Shown: positions 10,180 through 16,978 of the stretch, one piece after another
How positions within the stretch are numbered: position 1 is the first letter of the stretch
Layout of the letters: every line of letters starts with the position of its first letter
Virus record (IMG/VR): IMGVR_UViG_3300032227_000639
Span: 1-35,007 of that record
Reading direction: 5' to 3' (one strand)
Source: a virus
Lineage: Duplodnaviria > Caudoviricetes
DNA: 35,007 nucleotides
Translations under genes and position numbers: made by a program
The notes under the pieces: generated by a model
Told to the model about the DNA's origin: nothing
Databases searched by the model: none
What the model saw: the letters and a program-made list of their open reading frames with translations, nothing else

Positions 10180-11622
10180 TTAATAAACTAAAGGGTGTAC
10201 AATTTTTTTTCTTTCTAACTTTTCTGTTTTAATTAATTCAAAATCTTTTTTAGGTTTGAATGTATTAATAGTTTCACTTATAGTGGATATAACATTATCA
10301 CACATGTGAGCTGCGCTCATCATAGATTCATCAGATAGTACCCACTCTCTAGCTGCCATACCTTTTCTACTTCTTTCTTCTGGAGATAAGTTATAACACT
10401 CTTCTATTGCTTTAGCAACGTCTCTAAAATCACATCTATCATCATAAATGTAAGGTGTTGGTATTGATCCTACTATACTTATATTTGTAGGAAATACAGG
10501 TAGCGCCCACTCTCCGTGCTTTTTATATTTGCCAAAATGATTTGAACAGAATTTATCATCAAAGTCAATCCACTTACCATTTTTATCTTCAAATCTCATT
10601 TGATCTTGCATACCTCCAGTAACATTGGCTATTATCATTCTACCTGCCATCATAGACTCAGTTAGAGATAGTCCCCAACCTTCATTAGAAGATATTAGCG
10701 CAGTTACATCAGACATGTTATAAAGCAAATTTATGTCTTCTGCATTAATTCTTGCATCTGAGAAATACACTTTTTGATATTCTGGATCACATATTAGATC
10801 TACCACTGCATCCAAATCTGTTCCGTTTTCATCTGCTCTTTGAGTATGCATTAGTAGTGCACATTTACTAGCTTTTTCTTTTCCTATCTCATCGCAGAAT
10901 AAAGCATACGCAGCAATCAAATCAGAAGTACATTTTCTTCTAATATTTCTAGCATTATAGAACAAAACAAATTCAGGATTAAAATCACCAAATATTTCTT
11001 TCTTCTTTTTTTCTAAAGCTTCATTTTGACTTTGCATGAATTCAGTAATGGGATAAAATATCTTCTCATTAATTCCATGAGGAACATATTTAAGAATTTT
11101 TCCTTTTACTTTATCTCCTAATACCATTTTATTAATATTAAGAGTTTGTTTTGATATAGCCATTAAGGTATCGCAAGACTCATAAAAAGATTTATTATAA
11201 AGTGGAGCAGGAAGATCATCCCAGATATTTAAATAGATCATCGGTATTTTTTTCCTAATCTCATTCTCCATTTGAAATAACCAAACCCAATATCTAGGAT
11301 CTGTAAAGAACATAATAGCATCAGGATTTTCTATTTCTATTAGCTGCCTGATTAATTCAGGAGATCCATATCCATTAGTTGGGTATATAAATACAGAAGA
11401 GTCATTGATGCCCATGATTCTATTTGTATCAGCTGAAATATCTAATTTTTTTCCTTGATCCGGGTGGTTTATTGCACCACCTAAATTTACCCAATTAAAT
11501 ACGTGAGAACTGCCTACAACTATTTCTCTAGCCATTGTAGAAATACCGCTTGTCATTCTAATATCATCACATAGAAAAAGAATCTTTTTTCTTTGTGCTT
11601 GAGGAATATAACCATTTATCAT
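10180..11622 (-). CDS. glycosyltransferase family 4
   Basis: VPHG, RNIRRK, NEGWGLSLTES (EX7E), TGGMQDQ. Confidence 0.88.
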   Translation of the reverse strand: MINGYIPQAQRKKILFLCDDIRMTSGISTMAREIVVGSSHVFNWVNLGGAINHPDQGKKLDISADTNRIMGINDSSVFIYPTNGYGSPELIRQLIEIENPDAIMFFTDPRYWVWLFQMENEIRKKIPMIYLNIWDDLPAPLYNKSFYESCDTLMAISKQTLNINKMVLGDKVKGKILKYVPHGINEKIFYPITEFMQSQNEALEKKKKEIFGDFNPEFVLFYNARNIRRKCTSDLIAAYALFCDEIGKEKASKCALLMHTQRADENGTDLDAVVDLICDPEYQKVYFSDARINAEDINLLYNMSDVTALISSNEGWGLSLTESMMAGRMIIANVTGGMQDQMRFEDKNGKWIDFDDKFCSNHFGKYKKHGEWALPVFPTNISIVGSIPTPYIYDDRCDFRDVAKAIEECYNLSPEERSRKGMAAREWVLSDESMMSAAHMCDNVISTISETINTFKPKKDFELIKTEKLERKKIVHPLVY

Positions 11623-11629
11623 GTGTAAC

Positions 11630-11848
11630 TTATTTTATTGCTTCAATTAAAGTAGATCCCGTGTAATGAGTGTTATATTGTTCATGAATACTTTGTCTAA
11701 ATTCAGAATCTGTAAGATACATAAACATAGCTCTCTCAACTATATCTTGTAGATTTATTTTAGTCTTAACAGATGTTACTTTAAAGTCTTCATATAGAGT
11801 TTCAGGTATCTTTACCGATGTTATAACTCTTTTTGATTTATTTATCAT
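11630..11848 (-). CDS. ribbon-helix-helix-like DNA-binding protein
   Basis: 72 aa; TSVKIPETLYEDFK beta-strand plus helix pattern. Confidence 0.55.
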   Translation of the reverse strand: MINKSKRVITSVKIPETLYEDFKVTSVKTKINLQDIVERAMFMYLTDSEFRQSIHEQYNTHYTGSTLIEAIK

Positions 11849-11909
11849 ATTTTCTTTTATAATAAATATACTAGAATATACAAATAAATATGTAAATAAA
11901 AAAATATTT

Positions 11910-12815
11910 TTATGGAGTTTTATTGCACAAGTCAGGTTTGTTTGTATAAGGACAGAACTTACAACTATTTATGTTCTTTATATATGATCTTTCCTTATTA
12001 TGTTTAGCATTAGGATTAAAACACTCTCTTATGAATTTAGAAAAGTCTTCAAATGCATCTTGTACTTTTTTCTTTCCATTAGCCGGTATAAACTCTTGAA
12101 CTCTATATGTTGGATAGTCTGGATTAATAAACACTTTTCTTTTTACTATGAAGAATTTAACGTCAATCTTTTCTTCTGGCACATTCATTGCCTTGGAATA
12201 AAACCTCTTATAAAGAAGTATCTGATTGATCTTAGTCTGATCTTTCTTTTCATAATCAGACCATCCTTTAGTTGACGTCTTTATATCATAAATAGTGTAC
12301 TTGTCTACAGCTTTTTCATATATTATGAAGTCTATAGATCCATTCATAAGAACTCCAGGTATATCGTCTATGACTGGAAGTAAAATAGGAATTTCTATAC
12401 CTACTAGATCAGATGTTTTTCTTGAAAAGTATTTAGATCTATTCTTTTTAAACCAATCTAAAGTAGCTTGACCATCTGCTAAGAATTCTTTCAACTCATC
12501 TTTATTGCTAAAATGCTCATTCTTATTGTCTACTAAACTTTGCTTATAGTTCTCTATAAGCCTTTCTTCAAGTATCTTATCTAAATCAAGTTCATCTGCA
12601 GCTTTACCAGACTTTTCATACATGAGTTTGAGATACTCTTGTATAGTCTCGTGCATTGCAGTACCATATACTAAATAAATAGAAGGCTTAAATGAACTCT
12701 CTTTCTTTATATAAGTCAAATACCACTGGTATTCACATTGCTTATAAATAGAATACTGAGAATAAGATACGGGAGTTTGGGTAGCCCAATTGATGTTTAA
12801 ATTAGGTTTGGGCAT
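11910..12815 (-). CDS. PD-(D/E)XK exonuclease, RecB/Cas4-like
   Basis: SYSQ..C, GTAMHE, GSID, DIKT, QILLY, CKFC..C (Fe-S type Cys set). Confidence 0.85.
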   Translation of the reverse strand: MPKPNLNINWATQTPVSYSQYSIYKQCEYQWYLTYIKKESSFKPSIYLVYGTAMHETIQEYLKLMYEKSGKAADELDLDKILEERLIENYKQSLVDNKNEHFSNKDELKEFLADGQATLDWFKKNRSKYFSRKTSDLVGIEIPILLPVIDDIPGVLMNGSIDFIIYEKAVDKYTIYDIKTSTKGWSDYEKKDQTKINQILLYKRFYSKAMNVPEEKIDVKFFIVKRKVFINPDYPTYRVQEFIPANGKKKVQDAFEDFSKFIRECFNPNAKHNKERSYIKNINSCKFCPYTNKPDLCNKTP

Positions 12816-13081
12816 TATTTAGTTTTACCGTCTACAATCCTTTTAATTCTCTCTATGTAATTAACTGCATCCATAAGTTCTTCTTGAAGATGGGTTAACC
12901 ACTCTGATAGTGAATAGTCTTCTCTATCTAAATCTGTTCCATATTTTTGCTTTCCTACTTTAGAACGATCTAAGAATTTATCTATAACTGAATCAACAAT
13001 AGAATCAGCTTTACGCACTATTCTACTATTAGAATCATTATATGTTGTTATTGTTCCGTATATATCTTTATTGTTGCTCAT
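12815..13081 (-). CDS. MazG-like (all-alpha) nucleotide pyrophosphohydrolase-like protein
   Basis: KYGTDLDR and HLQEELMDAVNY (EExxD). Confidence 0.6.
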   Translation of the reverse strand: MSNNKDIYGTITTYNDSNSRIVRKADSIVDSVIDKFLDRSKVGKQKYGTDLDREDYSLSEWLTHLQEELMDAVNYIERIKRIVDGKTK

Positions 13082-13301
13082 CTACTAATTCTTTAGGATA
13101 AAAGTCTTTGTTAACATGTCCACATTTTGTACATACAAATGTTGCAATAGGAATAACACCATCTTGCATTTCACCTGTCAAAAACTTACTAACCTTACGA
13201 AGCATAAGAGCTTCTTGAAATGTTGTATTAGAACATTCATCGCATACTACTGATGTAGTCTTTTTTAAGTCTATGTTGACTTTCATTCTTTGATCCTGCA
13301 T
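13068..13301 (-). CDS. small zinc-ribbon protein
   Basis: CDEC and CTKCGH. Confidence 0.65.
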   Translation of the reverse strand: MQDQRMKVNIDLKKTTSVVCDECSNTTFQEALMLRKVSKFLTGEMQDGVIPIATFVCTKCGHVNKDFYPKELVDEQQ

Positions 13302-13306
13302 ATTAT

Positions 13307-13555
13307 TTATTTTTTAGAATTCCAATAAATTTTCCTAACTTTCTTACCAAGCTCTTGATCATTAGGTGTTGAATAGATTAATTCTTCACTAATAGTGATT
13401 AGCAGCTTATTAGATTCTTCATTACATATTCGAGATTGATAACACCCTTGACCTGCGCCTTCAATGTATCCTATTCTTGTATCAATATCATCATTGAATC
13501 TGTATGGAGTATCTTTACCACACATTACACATTTGTCTATTGGGTTATTTTGCAT
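13307..13555 (-). CDS. hypothetical protein
   Basis: CVMCG, YIEGAGQGC, TPNDQELG; operon-like spacing. Confidence 0.6.
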   Translation of the reverse strand: MQNNPIDKCVMCGKDTPYRFNDDIDTRIGYIEGAGQGCYQSRICNEESNKLLITISEELIYSTPNDQELGKKVRKIYWNSKK

Positions 13556-13578
13556 AGCTATTATTTTATTAATTAAAA

Positions 13579-13738
13579 TGCTGTCAGGGGAGGAGTCGAA
13601 CCTCCATGCTGCGATTCAGTATTAGACAAAATAAGCCGGCTTTGTGGTCAACCCATATCTAAATACCTATCTCGTTTTTCAGCGCCCACGAGACGAGTGG
13701 GTGTGTATGCCGTGTAGCTACTCTTTCACCACCTGACA
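13579..13738 (-). ncRNA. oversized tRNA-like RNA (160 nt; GTC at anticodon position)
   Basis: Acceptor TGTCAGG/CCTGACA, T arm GGAGG-TTCGACT-CCTCC, anticodon stem CCCAC/GTGGG with loop TCGTCTC, enlarged D loop, ~75-nt extra arm closed by GCTG/CAGC. Confidence 0.75.
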
Positions 13739-13742
13739 ATTA

Positions 13743-13961
13743 TTAAAATATGTTATCTTGTTTTTCTTGTTTGTACTCTTTGTACTTTCTTATCCAAGTA
13801 AAACTAACATCAACTGCCATTAATACTGGTGCCATTACTAATATGGCTAATGTTTCTAATGCTGGAGATGCGTGTAGAGGATCTTCATTTCTTTTAGCAT
13901 AACTAGTATACATTTTGTATATACAGTAAATTATGCTGATAATGTAAATAATTAATATCAT
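13743..13961 (-). CDS. small membrane protein
   Basis: two hydrophobic segments in 72 aa. Confidence 0.6.
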   Translation of the reverse strand: MILIIYIISIIYCIYKMYTSYAKRNEDPLHASPALETLAILVMAPVLMAVDVSFTWIRKYKEYKQEKQDNIF

Positions 13962-13977
13962 AATGTTTTATTTATCT

Positions 13978-14024
13978 AAATATAAGAATGTCTTTTGATA
14001 TTGATACAATTGATCTTTAGAGTA
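13978..14024 (-). promoter_or_regulatory. putative promoter, copy A of a duplicated 47-bp element
   Basis: minus strand TACTCTAAAGATCAATTGTATC-N15-TCTTATATTT(A); same blocks and spacing at 16785-16831. Confidence 0.6.
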
Positions 14025-14098
14025 ATTTATTTTATTGATTTATAAAGATATTTATTCTTGTACTATAAGGTACATATTTTTAACTTAAATCATTAGAA

Positions 14099-14269
14099 AT
14101 GAAACAAAATGAATTATTAGGTCTTATCAGACACGCTCTTACTTTTGTTGGCGGTATCGTTGTTGCAAAAGGTTTGATTGATGAGAGCCTATTCCAAGAA
14201 GTACTTGGTGGTATTATGACTTTAGCTGGTGCTGGTTGGTCTATTTGGGAGAAGAAAAAAGCTGCATAA
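14099..14269 (+). CDS. small two-helix membrane protein, holin-like (56 aa)
   Basis: MKQNELLGLIRHALTFVGGIVVAKGLIDESLFQEVLGGIMTLAGAGWSIWEKKKAA; basic tail; followed by a terminator; absent from the ORF track. Confidence 0.75.
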   Translation: MKQNELLGLIRHALTFVGGIVVAKGLIDESLFQEVLGGIMTLAGAGWSIWEKKKAA

Positions 14270-14290
14270 TTAACAATCTTTTTATTTAAA

Positions 14291-14322
14291 AATAAAGCCG
14301 GTTTATTCCGGCTTTTTTTATT
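14291..14322. terminator. bidirectional intrinsic terminator
   Basis: AAAGCCGG-TTTATT-CCGGCTTT with flanking A/T tracts between convergent genes. Confidence 0.8.
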
Positions 14323-14324
14323 AA

Positions 14325-14343
14325 AAGGCTACTGTTCTTTAAC
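14325..14343. repeat. 19-bp inverted repeat, left arm
   Basis: AAGGCTACTGTTCTTTAAC; reverse complement of 14717-14735 with one mismatch. Confidence 0.85.
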
Positions 14344-14352
14344 TATTTTATT

Positions 14353-14697
14353 TTATTTTTTTAATTGTTCTTGTGACGGAAAGTGTTTGTTTGTAAATAT
14401 ATCGAATCTAGAATCTATAGATCTATTCATTTGAGAAGCAAGATTTCGTAAGTCTTCTTTACGCTCATTTCTATTATTTTCTATAGTTCTATAAATATCT
14501 TGAATGACATTTTCACATTCTCTTCTATCGTGTTCACGTAATCTATTCTGATTGTCTATTTCTGTTCCTATGATTTGATGTACTGAACTAAGTTCTTTAT
14601 CAAGATTTCTTACCTTAACAAAAGCATAAACAGCAACTATTGCAATAGCAATAACCACTACAAATGCCATTCCTAAACTAAATGATAATAGTTCCAT
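14353..14697 (-). CDS. membrane-anchored coiled-coil protein (114 aa)
   Basis: Start reassigned to ATG at 14697 (MELLSFSLG) behind AAGGAG, because the track start lies inside a tRNA; N-terminal TM helix. Confidence 0.7.
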   Translation of the reverse strand: MELLSFSLGMAFVVVIAIAIVAVYAFVKVRNLDKELSSVHQIIGTEIDNQNRLREHDRRECENVIQDIYRTIENNRNERKEDLRNLASQMNRSIDSRFDIFTNKHFPSQEQLKK

Positions 14698-14716
14698 AAT
14701 TTGTTTCTCCTTATAT

Positions 14717-14735
14717 GTCAAAGAACAGTAGCCTT
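14717..14735. repeat. 19-bp inverted repeat, right arm (contains boxA-like TGTTCTTTGAC on the minus strand)
   Basis: GTCAAAGAACAGTAGCCTT, immediately 3' of the tRNA(CAT)-like gene. Confidence 0.85.
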
Positions 14736-14736
14736 G

Positions 14737-14813
14737 TTGGCGCAGAGGGATTCGAACCCCCATGCAACCTATTAAGGTTTCAACTCGTTATGAGCGAGAG
14801 CCTATATGCGCCA
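14737..14813 (-). tRNA. D-armless tRNA-like gene, anticodon CAT (Met/Ile2), long variable arm
   Basis: Acceptor TGGCGCA/TGCGCCA, 7-nt linker in place of the D arm, CTCG-CTCATAA-CGAG, variable hairpin AACCT-TAAT-AGGTT, T arm GGGGG-TTCGAAT-CCCTC. Confidence 0.7.
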
Positions 14814-15453
14814 ATGTAAAAATACCTTTTTTAATTTGATCTATTTCTCTCTTTTTTATTACAATTAAATTAGGTACAACTTTCCATTTATTCCTATCTC
14901 TTTCTGTTTCATACCCTTTAATTTCAACATATAAATTTAAATCTGGAATATAAAAATCTGGGAAATATGATCTTTTTCCATTCCATTCATATTCAAAAGA
15001 TTTACATTCATGCTGCCAAGATATATTATTTGCATCTAACCATTTAGCAAATAATAATTCCCAAGATCCTTTTAATTTTATTCCTTTATACTCTATATTT
15101 TTAACTCTACCTACTACATTATTTTTTGTATAACTTTCTGGATTATTCTTTACTACATCTTTCATTTTTATAGAATGTAATATTTTTTTATCTTGGCTCC
15201 AAATTTTACCTTTTGATGCTAAAGATAATTTAGCTTTTGTTGATTCAGATACAACTATTTTTTCTCCTAATGATTTAGCTTTGTCATATTGATTTGAGTA
15301 TTTTTTTACTATCTCTTTTTCTTTTACTTTTTTATTGTAATTAATAAAGTTAGATACTCTAATTTGTTTATTAGGATTTGAATAACAGTATTTTTCATGA
15401 GCTTTCAAAGAACCTATATTATTTATTAACTTTTTACAGTAGATGCATTCCAT
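14788..15453 (-). CDS. free-standing PD-(D/E)XK endonuclease (homing-endonuclease-like)
   Basis: N-terminal CIYC..H...C zinc finger, NUMOD3-like SESTKAKLS, KGSWE, YFPDFY, VEIKG. Confidence 0.75.
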   Translation of the reverse strand: MECIYCKKLINNIGSLKAHEKYCYSNPNKQIRVSNFINYNKKVKEKEIVKKYSNQYDKAKSLGEKIVVSESTKAKLSLASKGKIWSQDKKILHSIKMKDVVKNNPESYTKNNVVGRVKNIEYKGIKLKGSWELLFAKWLDANNISWQHECKSFEYEWNGKRSYFPDFYIPDLNLYVEIKGYETERDRNKWKVVPNLIVIKKREIDQIKKGIFTLAHIGSRS

Positions 15454-15478
15454 ACTATTTTATTATAAATATAAAATA

Positions 15479-15516
15479 TTGGAGCTAAATGCTCTAACCA
15501 ACTGAGCTAAGGATCA
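15479..15516 (-). pseudogene. 5' half of a tRNA, truncated at the anticodon arm
   Basis: TGATCCT-TA-GCTC-AGTTGGTTA-GAGC-A-TTTAG-CT; no matching 3' half (AGGATCA) found downstream. Confidence 0.65.
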
Positions 15517-15520
15517 TTAA

Positions 15521-15833
15521 AAAAGGGAAGCCATTTCTGACCTACCTATAAATTGATGGGAGTAACGATTACCCATAATCCATGGACAGACCCCTTTTCA
15601 CCCATAGTCCACAAAGATGATCAGTCTAAGTGTTGAGACTAGCTGGATTGACTACCAGCAACGCCTGCGGAGATCGTCATGATTTATCTTCGGCGTATCC
15701 AGAGCACTTTCAGGTTGCGCATTCTACCCTTAGTGTTGGTGGTTTTAACTCATCTGTCTGTGAAACCCAACTCAATAGCTTTTCAGCCATCTCGCTAGTG
15801 CCTTAATCCCTCTCAAGGATTTATTCGGCCACA
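15521..15833 (-). ncRNA. unassigned structured non-coding RNA (~310 nt)
   Basis: GC-richer interval with no ORF in the track, between tmRNA and the tRNA fragment; about nine consecutive hairpins, two capped by GAAA. Confidence 0.65.
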
Positions 15834-15843
15834 TTTTTATTTT

Positions 15844-16231
15844 TGGTGGAGATAGTGGGATTCGAACCCACGTCTCCGAAAGAGACAATAATACTAACGT
15901 CTCACATGCTTAGTACTGCTTGCGCTGCACCGTAAGGGCTGACTTGTTATGGTCGGATCCACCACTTGATTTTATGACTATCAAGAAAACAATCCACAGT
16001 CCTTATTTAACGAGTCGATCATGAATACTCGGAGTAGTTCTGTTCCTAGGTTACTCACCCGAGTTTGACTAGGCAGCTACTGCGTAGTCAGCACCAACGA
16101 AAGACATTGCGTCTTCGAAAGTGAATGAAGATAATTCTTCAGCGTTTATTGTTTAGTATCTTCTAAGGCAGTATACTCAAATGCCTGCATGTAGTATTAC
16201 CTCAACATTCGGATCGATACCGGTTATCCCC
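15844..16231 (-). ncRNA. ssrA: tmRNA
   Basis: 5' GGGGATA pairs with 3' TATCTCC-ACCA giving G3.U70; T arm GTGGG-TTCGAAT-CCCAC; tag frame 16143-16069 AEELSSFTFEDAMSFVGADYAVAA-stop after ATAAAC. Confidence 0.95.
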
Positions 16232-16232
16232 A

Positions 16233-16245
16233 TATTTTAAAGATC
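16233..16245 (-). promoter_or_regulatory. boxA-like antitermination element
   Basis: GATCTTTAAAAT directly 5' of tmRNA; resembles rrn boxA. Confidence 0.4.
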
Positions 16246-16472
16246 TATGCAGTATATTCTGCTGGAGGTTGTTCATTCCAAAAAGCTTCAGCTAATGAAT
16301 CTTCATCGCTTGTAATAAGAGGAACAAATCTATTAGAGTTAAATGATGTGTATCCTTCTGGAACATCAACTTCTTCTAATATAAAATTGTTACCAACAGT
16401 TACTTGAGCTACAGTATAAACTTCACCTTCAATAAGCACATTTTCATATCCATTTATACAAAGAACTTTCAT
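16245..16472 (-). CDS. hypothetical protein (acidic, SH3-like pattern)
   Basis: KVLCIN..LIEGEVYTV..FNSNRF. Confidence 0.6.
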   Translation of the reverse strand: MKVLCINGYENVLIEGEVYTVAQVTVGNNFILEEVDVPEGYTSFNSNRFVPLITSDEDSLAEAFWNEQPPAEYTA

Positions 16473-16551
16473 ATAATAAGTATTTGATTTTATCTAAAAA
16501 GACGTTTCAACGGTAGTCGTTCCGAGCGTTTCCCTCGACAGCCCATAGTAA

Positions 16552-16758
16552 TTACTTTACTGGAATCTCGTGCGCAGATTGACCAGCACCTACTGCATCA
16601 TTTAGTTGAGCAGAATCAGTTACTACATTTACAGAATCAACTGGAGCTACTATTGAATCTACAGGAGCTACAAGTGAATCAGTGGCAGGAGTCTCACCAG
16701 AACCACCACAAGAAGCAAGCATAACAAGCATTGCCATAGCGATAACCATCTTTTTCAT
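16552..16758 (-). CDS. small lipoprotein
   Basis: MKK, hydrophobic core, LASC lipobox; VAPVDS tandem repeat. Confidence 0.8.
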   Translation of the reverse strand: MKKMVIAMAMLVMLASCGGSGETPATDSLVAPVDSIVAPVDSVNVVTDSAQLNDAVGAGQSAHEIPVK

Positions 16759-16783
16759 TTTTCTATTTTGATTTGTTTCAATA

Positions 16784-16831
16784 CAAATATAAGATAGATT
16801 TGTTTATTAGATACAATTAATCTTTATAGTA
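16784..16831 (-). promoter_or_regulatory. putative Bacteroidota-type promoter, copy B of the duplicated element
   Basis: minus strand TACTATAAAGATTAATTGTATC-N15-TCTTATATTTG; TATATTTG matches the -7 consensus TAnnTTTG. Confidence 0.65.
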
Positions 16832-16842
16832 TGCTACTTTTT

Positions 16843-16971
16843 TTATCCTATAATTGATTTACATAGTAACAGCGCAAATAAAAATCCAAGTATACCCCAA
16901 ACTAAACCTTTGTTAAAATTTATTTTTCTTTTATCAGAAAAATTAAATAGAGTGTCTAAAATTTTATACAT
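16843..16971 (-). CDS. small membrane protein (42 aa)
   Basis: MYKILDTLFNFSDKRKINFNKGLVWGILGFLFALLLCKSIIG; starts 7 nt after the upstream stop; not in track. Confidence 0.5.
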   Translation of the reverse strand: MYKILDTLFNFSDKRKINFNKGLVWGILGFLFALLLCKSIIG

Positions 16972-16978
16972 AAATTAA

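Noticed and set aside
11910-12815. Cas4-like nuclease as a sign of CRISPR-Cas
   Set aside because: No repeat-spacer array or other cas genes in the window; solo nucleases of this kind are common in phages
14698-14763. N-terminal extension MGVRIPLR of the track ORF 14353..14763
   Set aside because: It is the tRNA T arm read as protein; the ATG at 14697 has an SD
14737-15516. One tRNA split by an endonuclease-containing intron
   Set aside because: The upstream acceptor strand TGATCCT cannot pair with TGCGCCA, the anticodon stems do not match, and no group I core is visible
15521-15833. RNase P RNA or group I intron
   Set aside because: No GAGGAAAGTCC-type P4 signature; AGACT/TAGTC form a local hairpin rather than P7
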